A stretch of 64,000 bases of DNA, taken from the NCBI GenBank assembly GCA_964035545.1, contig OZ037771.1:9045408-9109407 (forward strand). Reading direction: 5' to 3'. How positions within the stretch are numbered: the stretch's first letter is position 1; the number at the start of each line of letters is the position of its first letter. This DNA is from Bugula neritina (taxonomy: Eukaryota > Animalia > Bryozoa). The position numbers and the translations under genes were made by a program. Shown one piece after another: positions 1 to 10,467 of this stretch. The notes under the pieces were generated by a model. It was not told the DNA's origin and searched no databases. It saw only the letters and a program-made list of their open reading frames with translations.

Positions 1-229
1 TAGGACTAATTATCTAGTTGATTGACAGCACACTTGATAACCGCAGTTGGATAGCAATAGTGGATTAGTTAGATTGTGTTTCTGCTATTGGATAATTATG
101 CAATGTTTGTCTTTGCGTGTAGTTGGGAACTTGTGTATTACTCATATAAATAAACTCTTTCATGCTCTAAGCCGGTAGCTTTACTTTAATTCTAATTCCC
201 ACAAACTAGGTGAAGCACAAATTCAAACA

Positions 230-629
230 CTGGTAATTACTGCATATTCACCATGAGGTTATGTGAATAACCGAACCAGTTGATCGTTTAACAAAAGAAC
301 TGTATTGTCAATTAATTACGCATGATTAAAAATTAAGTATAAAAGAGAAAAGAGTACAATCTGTAAAAACGTTACATAAAGTTAATCTAGTTTATTACTA
401 CTACTTTCAAGACTGGCCAGGTACGCCGGAAGGTATTACTTATATATATATATATATGTAGAGCGGATCCTGTTTGAATAAGATAAGGTTCCAGCGGTGT
501 CATCGTGGAGAGTAACGGAGTACCGCATGGAAATGCGGCGTGACTTGCAGAGTTGTCGTCCTTGACCATAATCTAAAGAGTCATGTTTAGCAGAGGGCAG
601 AGAGGGGTATACTTCACATAACCATTACA
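230..629 (-). repeat. 3' LTR of deleted Gypsy (truncated at left)
   Basis: Aligns by eye with 2560-2955; polypurine tract adjacent at 630-637. Confidence 0.85.
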
Positions 630-869
630 TCCCCTCCAGCAGAAAACCCACTTTCTGATAGTTCCAAAAAGTGTAGGGAAGTATCAGCAATGGAAGCAAA
701 ACCATAAAAAAACACAAAATTATATAAAAAAAAGTACATGATGCACAATTATATTATAAGATATGGAAAGGTTTATAATAAGCAGCCGTTAACCAAAAGA
801 GAAAGAAATGTCTACATAACAGCAAATAACGAGATAGCATTGGAAGTAAACGCATACCCGGAGTTGGGT

Positions 870-1580
870 TAGTGTGCATGAAGCTTCTATTTCAGATGGC
901 TCACCGAGTCCTTCAGGAGTCCTTCGGGAGTATCGTATCCCATTCTTCTTGGCTGTGGCGGAGGAGCAGGCTCCGGAGTGCATCTCCCAACATGCGGTTG
1001 TTGCGCTCCATAATCCCATTACCTTGAGGATGTTATGGGGTGGTCCTCCTCTGATTCACCCCCCAGAGGCGACAGAGGTCACTCATTAGCCGAGACTAAA
1101 ACTAGGCACCTTGGTTCGAAAGTACCTGCTTAGGGAGGCCGAGATAGCAGAAAACATTCTGGTCGAGAATCTGGGCCACAGCTGGTGCTGACGCGTCTGG
1201 GATAGCCAGGGCGTCGGTCCACCAAGTGAAGTGGTCCTTGAGCACCAAGATCCAACTGTTGCCTTGGGATGTCAGGGGCATTGGGCCTACCAGATCAACA
1301 GTGACCACCTGCCATGGTCGACCAGCATACAGCCATCACCACCCCGAGTCACCTGGGGGTCGGCCATGTTTGCTAGCGTGGCAGATCTCACACTGCTTAC
1401 CTTTGAGCCGCACATCACGCCCCAACTTCGGCCAGTACCACCGGAGTTGTAACTTTGCAAACACCCGCTGGACCCCTGTGCAAGCCTGCTTGTGGGTATC
1501 CCAAATTAACTCCCAGCAGATGGCAAAGGGATAGACCACCTGCTCTCGCTCCGGGTGTCTGCCGCTGGCGACCAATGTGA
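870..1580 (-). pseudogene. Gypsy integrase remnant
   Basis: Frameshifted pieces LIWDTHKQAC...LRWYWP...CEICHASK and VDLVGPMPL...WILVLKDHFTWWTDALAIPDA, closely similar to the integrase of the element at 15382-25895. Confidence 0.9.
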
Positions 1581-1776
1581 TGGTGAAAATCGCAGTATGA
1601 GGGCCCGAGCTATCCGAACAGGTGATAGCGCGATGGTGATGGTGAATGGTGAACATGAGGGATCGGGCTATCCCAACAAGTGATAGCCGAATCCCTCGGC
1701 CGCCCCACTTTCGACCTCAAGGGTCTGTGAGCAGGCCTCACTGTTGGAGAGTGTGTCAGCACCTACACCAGTTTCG

Positions 1777-2330
1777 CTAGCATGTTGCCAACTCCGCTTT
1801 GACCTGACGGGACCCCGCACGGCTCCTGTGTAGCTGAGTAGCCAACAGATAAGCCTCACCTTCACACCATGCATTTTCGACCGTCGCGACTCTTCTTGCC
1901 AGAAACTGGTGATGGAGCCCCAAGTCATTTGCAGACTGCACAAATGTGTCGAAGGTGTACCGCTCACAGTTAACGGGTGACAGCTCACTATGCGCAATTT
2001 GCACTAGCCATGTAACCGTGGCGGCATATTCTTGCAGAGAAGTGCCCGAGTCGCGCCACAACCCTTGCAAACAGACTAGGGTTTCTATAGCAGAGAGGTC
2101 GAATCGAGTCCGTATTGCAGCGGAGATACTGTTGACGTCAGGTCCTAACCCATAGGGTTTAGCCTTATCTGCTAACACCAGCTGCAATTGCAACAGGACC
2201 GCACGAAGTGGCCACTGGGTGACGGCTATCACGTCACTGAACTGTCTAATGAATTGTTCTACATCTTCATTGTCAGTAAAAACAGGGCCTTCAGGTGGTA
2301 CCTGTTACCAGGTATTTCCCTGTGAGCCTT
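1777..2330 (-). pseudogene. Gypsy gag remnant
   Basis: EDVEQFIRQFSDVIAVTQWPLRAVLLQLQLVL...FVQSANDLGLHHQFLA resembles the gag at 15824 (GDVEQFIKDFEDVATTAEWPVRVRVLQLRACL...FFRSVNHPDLQWYWLA). Confidence 0.8.
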
Positions 2331-2498
2331 CTCACTCCGTGGCAGAGGATTTTCAAGAAAAATATGATTTGCGAGCTCACCTCCATCCTGCTGTGGAGGC
2401 TGCGCAGGTTCTTCCGCTCCGGCGGGAACTCCATCGTTGTGTACTGCCCTTACAATCCCTCTTTATCGTCCAGATAGCAGTTGCATTGGCACACAATT

Positions 2499-2516
2499 AT
2501 CCCACTGCTGCCACTA
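2499..2516 (-). promoter_or_regulatory. Primer-binding site, tRNA-Leu type
   Basis: Minus strand TAGTGGCAGCAGTGGGAT, 2 mismatches to the PBS at 15774, directly after the LTR-ending ACA. Confidence 0.8.
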
Positions 2517-2517
2517 C

Positions 2518-2955
2518 TGTTGCAGTTTTGTGCACTACTAATTAAGGAGTTATTGTGAGCTGGTAATTACTGCATATTCACTGTGAGGTTATGTGAATAT
2601 CTAAACCAGTTGATCGTTTAACAAGAGAACTGTATTGTCAATCAATTACGCATGATTAAAAATCAAGTATAAGTATAAAAGAGAAAAGAGTACAATCTAT
2701 AAAAACGTTACATAAAGTTAACCTAGTTAATTACTACTATGCTCAAGACTGGCCGTGGGCGCCGGAAGGTATCACTTATATATGTAGAATGGAACCTGAT
2801 TGAATAAGATAAGGTTCGGGCGATGTCATCGTAGAGAGCAACGGAGTATCGCATGAAAATGCGGCATGACTAGCGGAGTTGTCGTCCTCGACTATAATCT
2901 ATAGAGTCATTTTTAGCAGGAGGCAGAGAGGTGTATACTTCCCCTAACCATTACA
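2518..2955 (-). repeat. 5' LTR of deleted Gypsy
   Basis: TGT...ACA ends; followed on the minus strand by the PBS. Confidence 0.85.
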
Positions 2956-3766
2956 ATATTGCTATTTAGTAGTTGTAGTACAGTAAATCACACTAAACTT
3001 GATGATATATCTTACAAGTTAGAAAATATGCTTATGTAAATAGTGTACTTTTTGGCAGTCAACATCACTTTGACTCACTACCATGATGATTGTGATTATG
3101 ATTCCAAGTTTATTAGTATGATCATCATTCATTGGTATTAATTTATAATTTTTAGATATAACATAAAAATTATTGAAATTGGCTAGTTAAACCAAACTTA
3201 AAATATCTATATAAGTCTTGGAACTGAATTTAAATTAAAAATATAACTGTCAAATTTTAATTTATACTTCAACTTGGGTAAAGTTGAAAATTTTAATAAA
3301 GTACACTTAGAGTTAGTCTTACTCTTAGGTCTACACTTACATTTTAAACGTAAATACTAGTAGCAAGATTGATGCTAATCAAAAAATTAGCTAAAGTAAA
3401 AGTTAACGTAAAACAAGGTAAATGAGTTAAACTTAAAGTAGTTACAAGCTCAATGACTAATGAGCTAACTCTAAGTGAAAATGAAAGTGAAAGGATTACG
3501 AATTCGGATTAACTTTACTGCAACCATCAGAAACAATATATATGAGAGAAAAAACAATTCAAAAGCACAATTTTAAAATACTTTTTGCAAAATATGAATA
3601 ATCTATTATACTGTAATTTAGCACACTAAACTTACAGAAATGCCACTTTTAAAAACTAGCTGAATTCTTCATAAACAAAACTCTTAGCAACACGACGCTT
3701 GTGTACGCCATTTTATTTTCTGTCGGAAGCTGTAACCTTTGCCCTTTACTTGAGGATTTGCAATGA

Positions 3767-3785
3767 CCAATCATTGTAGACCACA
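3767..3785 (+). promoter_or_regulatory. ER-stress response element (ERSE-I-like) upstream of DNAJC3
   Basis: CCAAT-cattgtaga-CCACA matches CCAAT-N9-CCAC(G/A), ~150 bp upstream of the DNAJC3 ATG. Confidence 0.65.
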
Positions 3786-3933
3786 TCGCTTTTACCCATG
3801 TGTATGTGTAAACTATTGTTGACTACTATCAACACTACGATTGTAGTGCCGCTCGTGATCGGATTTACTGTCTTAATTTGGTCAACGCCTTGTTAGATTT
3901 TTTTATACTTATACTATCTCAATCATTTTCACC

Positions 3934-6900
3934 ATGTTTTGGCCAGGCCAGGGTGGTTATAATGCTTTGGAACCCACTTTGCCTTTTCTTATAGTGTCAA
4001 TTTACCTTCAAATGCAAGGTAGGTGTACAAAAATTGAATCATGATGATAATATTAACAATTAACATACTCATACTGATACTGATGCTTCAACATTAAGTT
4101 TAACTGTCAACTGATAAGATTAACTTTAAGTTTAAGAATTACTTCAAGTCGAAGTTAGAATTATAAAAAATTTTTGCTCTAGCTACGTCACTAAATTTAA
4201 GTAAATTGATGTCAAAAGTGTCTTTCACTTATTAATTTTTTATTTTGAAATCATGAATACGAGGTGAAGGTCAAAATGAGAATAAAGCTGAAAGTGAAAG
4301 ACAAAATTAAAAATAAATGTGGCATGAATTTTAAACTCAAGCTGATTTTGGATTGTATGCTTACTCTTAGAGTATTACTGTTACTCTATTACTATTACTA
4401 TTAGTAATGCTATTAGTTATAAATTATCTAACAGTAACACTAAAGCCGAGGGTAACTTCTACGATTTGTAGTTATACTAATACTAGACTAAGACTAAGAG
4501 TAAAACTATAAGTATACGTTATCACTATAAGTATAACCATTTTTAAAGTAAAAGTAATGCCGATAAAGTAATACTTTGACTGTAATAATATCTGATTCGC
4601 TTTTCACTGCCATGTCCTGGTTGGGTGGCGGGTGTTGCCTAACACAGTAACAGTAACTCCTAGGTGAACCAAACTTTTCCATTTCACTCAATCACTTGTA
4701 TCACTTTGGTTTAGGTCTAGCCAGCGAGATTTTATTATGTCGCTTTACCATTGTTTTGGCCATCCATGCCCTCTGCTTCCCTCTACTCTCACCATGCATG
4801 TTCTCATATCTATTGCGTCAACAAACATTGCCATACCATTCTAGCTTCTTTTTTCTCAAGACATCTCTGATTGACATAACATTTGCTTCTGTTGTTGTCT
4901 CTTCATTTCTTTTGTGTTCTTCTAAACTTATTCCTAGGCAGTACCTCAAAACGCTCATTTTGCAGGAGCTTATCTTGTCTATTAGAGTTCCTGTTACAGG
5001 CCAGGTCTCATTTCCGTATGTTAATGTTGATTAGATGGCAGTCTTATTTATAAAAACTTTCAGGTGTTTGTAGTGTTAAGTTTAACCAGCAGCCCCTGTG
5101 GTGTAATTGGTTAGTGCACCTGCTTGCGAGCCGAAGTTCTGTGGTTCAAATCCTGGTGGGTGCAATTATTTTATAAGCTGTTTCGGTCTTTAGTGATCAT
5201 GGAAGTACTCTGGGGAAGTTGAGTGGCCAGGGGAGCGTGGACAATGAAGGAGTAGTAGAAAGGCCGGTGGAGTTCTTGAGAACTGGGTGGGATGTAGTGT
5301 TGAGTTTACCCAGCAGTCACTTGCTTGCAAGCCGGAAATCTGTGGTTCGAATCTCGGTGGGGCAAAGGTTTTGCAGTGTGCTGAAATTTTTCTATCATAG
5401 TACTTCCCTTAGCTTGCTCCATTTGCCCCGTGTTTTAGAGGTACGCAGCTCAGTCTCCTTATGACATCCTCCTCCCGGTGAATGGTGGTACCTTGGTATT
5501 TAAACTGTCTGCTTCTAAGCAATGTTTTTTTATTTTTTAAATTGTACTTCGTCATCCAAATGTTGCCATCCTCACCTATCGATCGCAGTTACTCTGTTTT
5601 TGGTCTGTTTATCTCGAGTCCAACACTCTCATTCTCTCTTCCTTTTTCCAATATTTTTTCCAGATGTTCGCAGCTACTGTCACAGAGCACCAAGTCATCT
5701 GCAAATAACATCGCCCATGGTGTATCTTCTTCAATGCTCTCAGCAACTGGGATACTATAATGAATCTAATACTTGTAGTTATACTTGTATACTTGTTTAC
5801 CCTTATAGTAATATTAATAGTCATATGTTTACTATTACTATAAGTATAGTAAATATAATGCACCAATAGTAATACTAATATTGATAATAAAAATTATTTT
5901 AAGTAATTAGGCAATATTAGTATTATTTGTGTTATTATAATGAATTACAATGCAAAAAATTGTATTGCAGTTTACAATCTATCAATAACTAAGAGCTTAT
6001 ATACCCATATGACTTCCACTTAACTTTTTTACAGGAATCCTGGCCAATACACAAAAAGACATTGATTCACATTTAGAAATGGGCAAGAAATTTCTAGCTG
6101 CTGGTCAACTAGCTGATGCTTTAAGTCACTACCACGCAGCAGTTGACCTGGATCCTGACAATTACCTCACTTACTTTAAAAGAGCCACGGTGTTTCTGGC
6201 TATCGGCAAATCCAAGTCTGCCTTGCCCGACTTGGAGCGAGTACTTGAAATAAAGCCGGATTTTTCTGCAGTAAATTCTTAGTTCCTATTTAATAGCACC
6301 AAATTTAGTGAACGATTTCTTTGCGTCATATAATATTCTACTATAAATTTGCTATGTTTGTTATAGGCGCGGTTGCAAAAGGCAAACATTCTGTTAAAAC
6401 AAGGGCATATAGACAGAGCAGAACATGAATATAAAACAGTAGTAAGTAAATCATTTAATATCTCTCTCTCTCTCTTATAAAATAGAGACATTTGATTAGT
6501 AAATAGTAAAGCTGTGCAGAGCCCTGAACACCAGGCAGACCCTGGAGTATGTCACTCAGCCTTTCGTCTGCTTAGGCTGTATTTGTTTACCAAATAAAAA
6601 CTAACCATTATTTGATACCCGATAAAGTGTCTACTTACTGTACATATATGCACAATGCGGTGGTAGAGACGAGTTCAACGCTAAGTTTTATTTACAGCTG
6701 GCAAAAGATTCTGAAAATTCCGAGGCATCTCGTCATATAGCAGAAATACCCATACTCAATTCTTTATTAGAATCGGCGAAGTTGTTTATGGAGCGGCGGG
6801 ATTTTGCAGCAGCTGAACAAGAGCTTTCAAAGCTCATAGAGGTAAATGAATCTTGTAAAAATTATAGCCGATTGTATAGGTCGTACGCAACGTCATGTTA

Positions 6901-9900
6901 CATTTTTGTTTAATTCTACAATCTAGCTAGTCAAATGTCTTACAATCCTCCCAAACATGGGATATGTTTTCAATTACCCCATAAAAACAATTCACTCAAC
7001 TGCCAGTAACCTAGTCCAATATGGTCTATTCTCACTGCCTACCTGCCTACTCTCTGTTTCAGTCATGTCCGTGGGATGCAAACTTACGAGAATCTCGAGC
7101 TGACTGTTATATTGAGCTGCATGAATACTTTAAAGCGATCAATGACATAAAATCTACAACTAAACTTGTCGGAGATAACACTGGCGCCTTCTACCGAATC
7201 AGCGACTTACACTACCAGCTGGGGGAAGCTGAGGACTCATTGCGGTGAGCTCTAGACTTGATTGTCATAATGAAGTGTCAAGATGTCTGCTAGTAGTTAG
7301 CTCACACATCTGATTGTCAATAATAAGCCTAGGGTATTTCTGTCTTTGGAGTTGTATTTTTTCAATAATTGTTACTAAATCACTGAAAAACAAACAGTGA
7401 TGAAATTTCTAATAGGTGTGGTAACGGAGGTGTAGTGGTAGCAGTAGCAGAAGTTGTGGTAATAGCAGTGGTGATAGTAATAGTAGTAGCAACCAGTAGC
7501 AGTAGCAACCAGTAGTAGTGGTAGTGGTGTATTGTATGATTAGTTTCCTCTGGGTGTTACAGAGAGATCAGAGAATGTCTGAAGTTGGACCCAGATCACA
7601 AGATGTGTTTCCCCTTCTATAAGAAAGTGAAGAAGTTGGTGAAGCAGATGGAGCAGGCGCGTCAGATGAGAAATGAAGGGGAGTGGGATGACTGTGTGAC
7701 TAAGGCGAAGAGTATGCTGAAGACAGAGAGCCATGTACACTCCTATGTCCACACTGCAAAGAGCCACATCTGCCACTGTCAGGCGCAGGTAGGTGTCCTC
7801 TCTCAATATCAACCATCTCAGCTACTCTGGTCTGTAGAGTCAATAGACTTTACAATGCCAACTTCTATGTGTATCATCAACATGCTGCGCAAGAAAATCT
7901 GTCAAATATTGCTACAAGTGTTATATTCACGTTGCACTACATAGTGTAAAAACGTACATTTCTATAGAACAAAACAAGGTGTTTATTGACTTCAGTGTAA
8001 GCTTGTATAATGACGTAGTACATGGTTGATCAGAGTATAAATAAGTATTAAAAATTTGCATTCATTGTCTTTGCATGGGTTTGCAAGTTAAGAATCTTGG
8101 TGGTTTATGTTCAAAAGAAAGAAACAAAAAATTTAAGTAAATTTCCAATTTGTGTTTGTAGCATTACTTACGTCCATTTGTTTATTCGTGCTTTATCATT
8201 TCATATGTTTAATAAATCCTAGCTTATAGCCAATAGAAAAGAATGTGTGTATTACTGATACAGAATGCTGAACTATAGTTGTAATACATATAGAGTTTGT
8301 GTGTTACAGGCAGGTTACAAGGCAGAGGCAGTGAAGTCATGTAATGAAGTGCTAACTCTGGATAGTCATAGTGTAGATGCTCTGTGTGATCTTGCAGACT
8401 TGTATATACTAGACCAAGATTATGAAACAGGTAAGAGTTGGTTCCTCTCTGCACATCTGGTCGCTGCATCACCACTATTACACTCAGAGTAGAGTAAGAA
8501 TAAAGCAACTCATACTGCCCAGACATAGCAAAACTATCTTCAGTGTACATGTGCGCTACTGGTATTTGTAGCTATTGAATATTTCCAAAAGGCCCTTGGT
8601 ATCTCAGAGGGACACCACAGAGCTAAGGAAGGCATGGAGAAAGCTCAAAAGTTGTTGAAGCAATCAAAAAAGAGAGACTATTATAAAATATTAGGAGTTC
8701 CAAGGTTTGATATTATTGCTACTACCTCTGCTTGTAGAACACGTTGAATGAATACGCCTATTATTACTGCTTTCTAGTTAGTTGAAAGAAATATTGTGTA
8801 AAGTATGAGTAAATATGTAGACTGTAATGCTGTTGACTGCACTTTTACCGTTCAGGAGCAGTAGTGGAGAAATTGAAATAGCCTAAGCTTTTTAATTTTT
8901 TTTAGTAAATTTTGGTTTGGGGTGCAGGTTTGAATTCTTGCGGGAACTTCTTTTGTTACATTACAAATCTAGAACACAGGCTTTTCTCAATTTCTCCATT
9001 ATTGCACCTACCTCACATTTACACATGTACACATCTACACACCACACACACACACACACACCATTGTGAGTACTTACTTATTCTCAAAACATTTACCAAA
9101 GTTCTATATGAAAACTACCTTTGAAAGTTGGATCATTATCATTGAGTATTTCTCATTGCAAATTCATTTTTGGTTGTAATAACAGTCTTCAAGCAAATTC
9201 AGTGTTCATGTTTTAGAGGAAAGTATTGAAATTTGCCAGCTTCTGGCACACAGAATTTACCTAGTAATAAGTGTAAGTTCACTAGAACATTGTTTGCAAG
9301 GCTTCATTCTGCTACCTTGTTTATTTATCTAGAAATGCCCCCAAAAAAGATATATTAAAAGCATATAGAAAATTGGCCATGGTTTGGCACCCTGACAAGT
9401 TTGAATTGGAGGAAGAAAAGAAGGAAGCAGAGAAGAAATTCATGGACATTGCGGCAGCAAAAGAAGTTCTAACAGATCCCGGTAGGTGCTCACTCTTCTA
9501 ATAAGAGATTCCTCTAGCACCCCCTACCTCTCTTTCATCTGCCTCTTGTGGCCCTCCGCCAACCTCTGTGTGTTGTATGATTACTTGATGATTAAGGAGG
9601 AAGTTGCTAGTTGTTTGCTAAGCAGTTATGTACTACAAACTCATTGCTATGCATGTCTGTGGTGTTCACTTGACTTATGTAGTAATGCAATATCCCAACT
9701 AATATCATTTCTCACCCACACATAGTAGGCATAAAGCTCAGTTGTGTAAACTCTAATGGTGTACATTATATGTATCAACATGCTTTTGCTTGGAACAAAT
9801 ACAAGAATTGAGTTTAAATTAGAGTTGTGCTCTCTTCACATGAACTAATTTTCATAGGTAACAAATATCATGACTTTATGGTTAAATATGTGTTGACTTT

Positions 9901-10049
9901 CTGTTGTAGAAGCAAGACAGAAGTTTGATAATGGAGAAGACCCTTTGGATCCTGAACAGCAGCAAGGCCAGGGAGGTCATGGCCATCCATTCTTCCATGG
10001 CTTCAACCCCTTTGGCAGTGGTGGAAGTTTTAAATTCCACTTCAACTAA
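3934..10049 (+). CDS. DNAJC3: DnaJ homolog subfamily C member 3 (P58IPK), ER TPR + J-domain co-chaperone. Exons 3934-4018, 6035-6270, 6367-6441, 6698-6841, 7063-7244, 7563-7788, 8310-8430, 8572-8704, 9333-9481, 9910-10049
   Basis: Signal-peptide-like PFLIVSIYLQMQG; HLEMGKKFLAAGQLADALSHYHAAVDLDPDNYLTYFKRATVFLAIGKSK; KRDYYKILGV...WHPDKF J domain; C-terminal FKFHFN*. All introns GT-AG with consistent phases. Confidence 0.97.
4690..5740 (-). mobile_element. Degenerate RTE-type LINE fragment (RT C-terminal half) in DNAJC3 intron 1
   Basis: Minus-strand remnants PWAMLFADDLVL (~5685-5720), KTAI*STLTYGNETWPVT (~4990-5045) and VEGSRGHGWPKQW (~4750-4790), with stops and frameshifts. Confidence 0.75.
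5092..5365 (+). mobile_element. tRNA-derived SINE-like sequence with two degenerate tRNA-like heads (5092-5164, ~5315-5365)
   Basis: A box TGGTGTAATTGG and B boxes GGTTCAAATCC / GGTTCGAATCT; cloverleaf pairing is poor. Interrupts the LINE fragment. Confidence 0.5.
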
Positions 10050-10467
10050 TACTAGGATTCTATGTTTTCAGACGAGGAGTTGCCTATGCATGCTTATTGT
10101 GTAACTGTAACGATCTCAACCTTCAAATATTTTTTGCAATCAATGTTGCACAATACCACAGAACAACTTGAGGAAATTAATTTCATCATTTAATAATTGT
10201 GTAGCTCATATTCATATATTATATTATATAAATATTAATTTTTGTGAATAGTTTGATAAAATACAAATTTTGTGTAAAAATCTCTGCTGATTTTTGTAAG
10301 TGAAGCTACACACAGAAAATGTTTGATGATATATCAAAAGATCCTAAAGATAACTGTTCATAAATGTTGAACATTCAAACTCTTAAATGCTAAAAGTCAG
10401 TAATGGTTTGCCATGAATAATAATTTTTGGTAGCAGTTATAAAATTGATAATATTAAGCATAAAGTA

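Larger units (their letters stand above)
230..2955 (-). mobile_element. Internally deleted (non-autonomous) Ty3/Gypsy LTR retrotransposon
   Basis: Two similar direct repeats (230-629 and 2518-2955), both beginning TGTAATGG on the minus strand; tRNA-Leu-like PBS at 2499-2516; purine tract GGAGGGGA at 630-637. The internal 1.9 kb holds gag and integrase remnants but no PR/RT/RNase H. The 3' LTR lacks its terminal ~40 bp. Confidence 0.9.

Noticed and set aside
1-229. Possible 3' end of another LTR (AATAAA, ending CA) truncating the Gypsy 3' LTR
   Set aside because: Cut by the window edge; no partner repeat or TSD visible.
5092-5164. Functional tRNA gene
   Set aside because: A/B boxes are present but the acceptor, anticodon and T stems pair poorly; treated as SINE-like.
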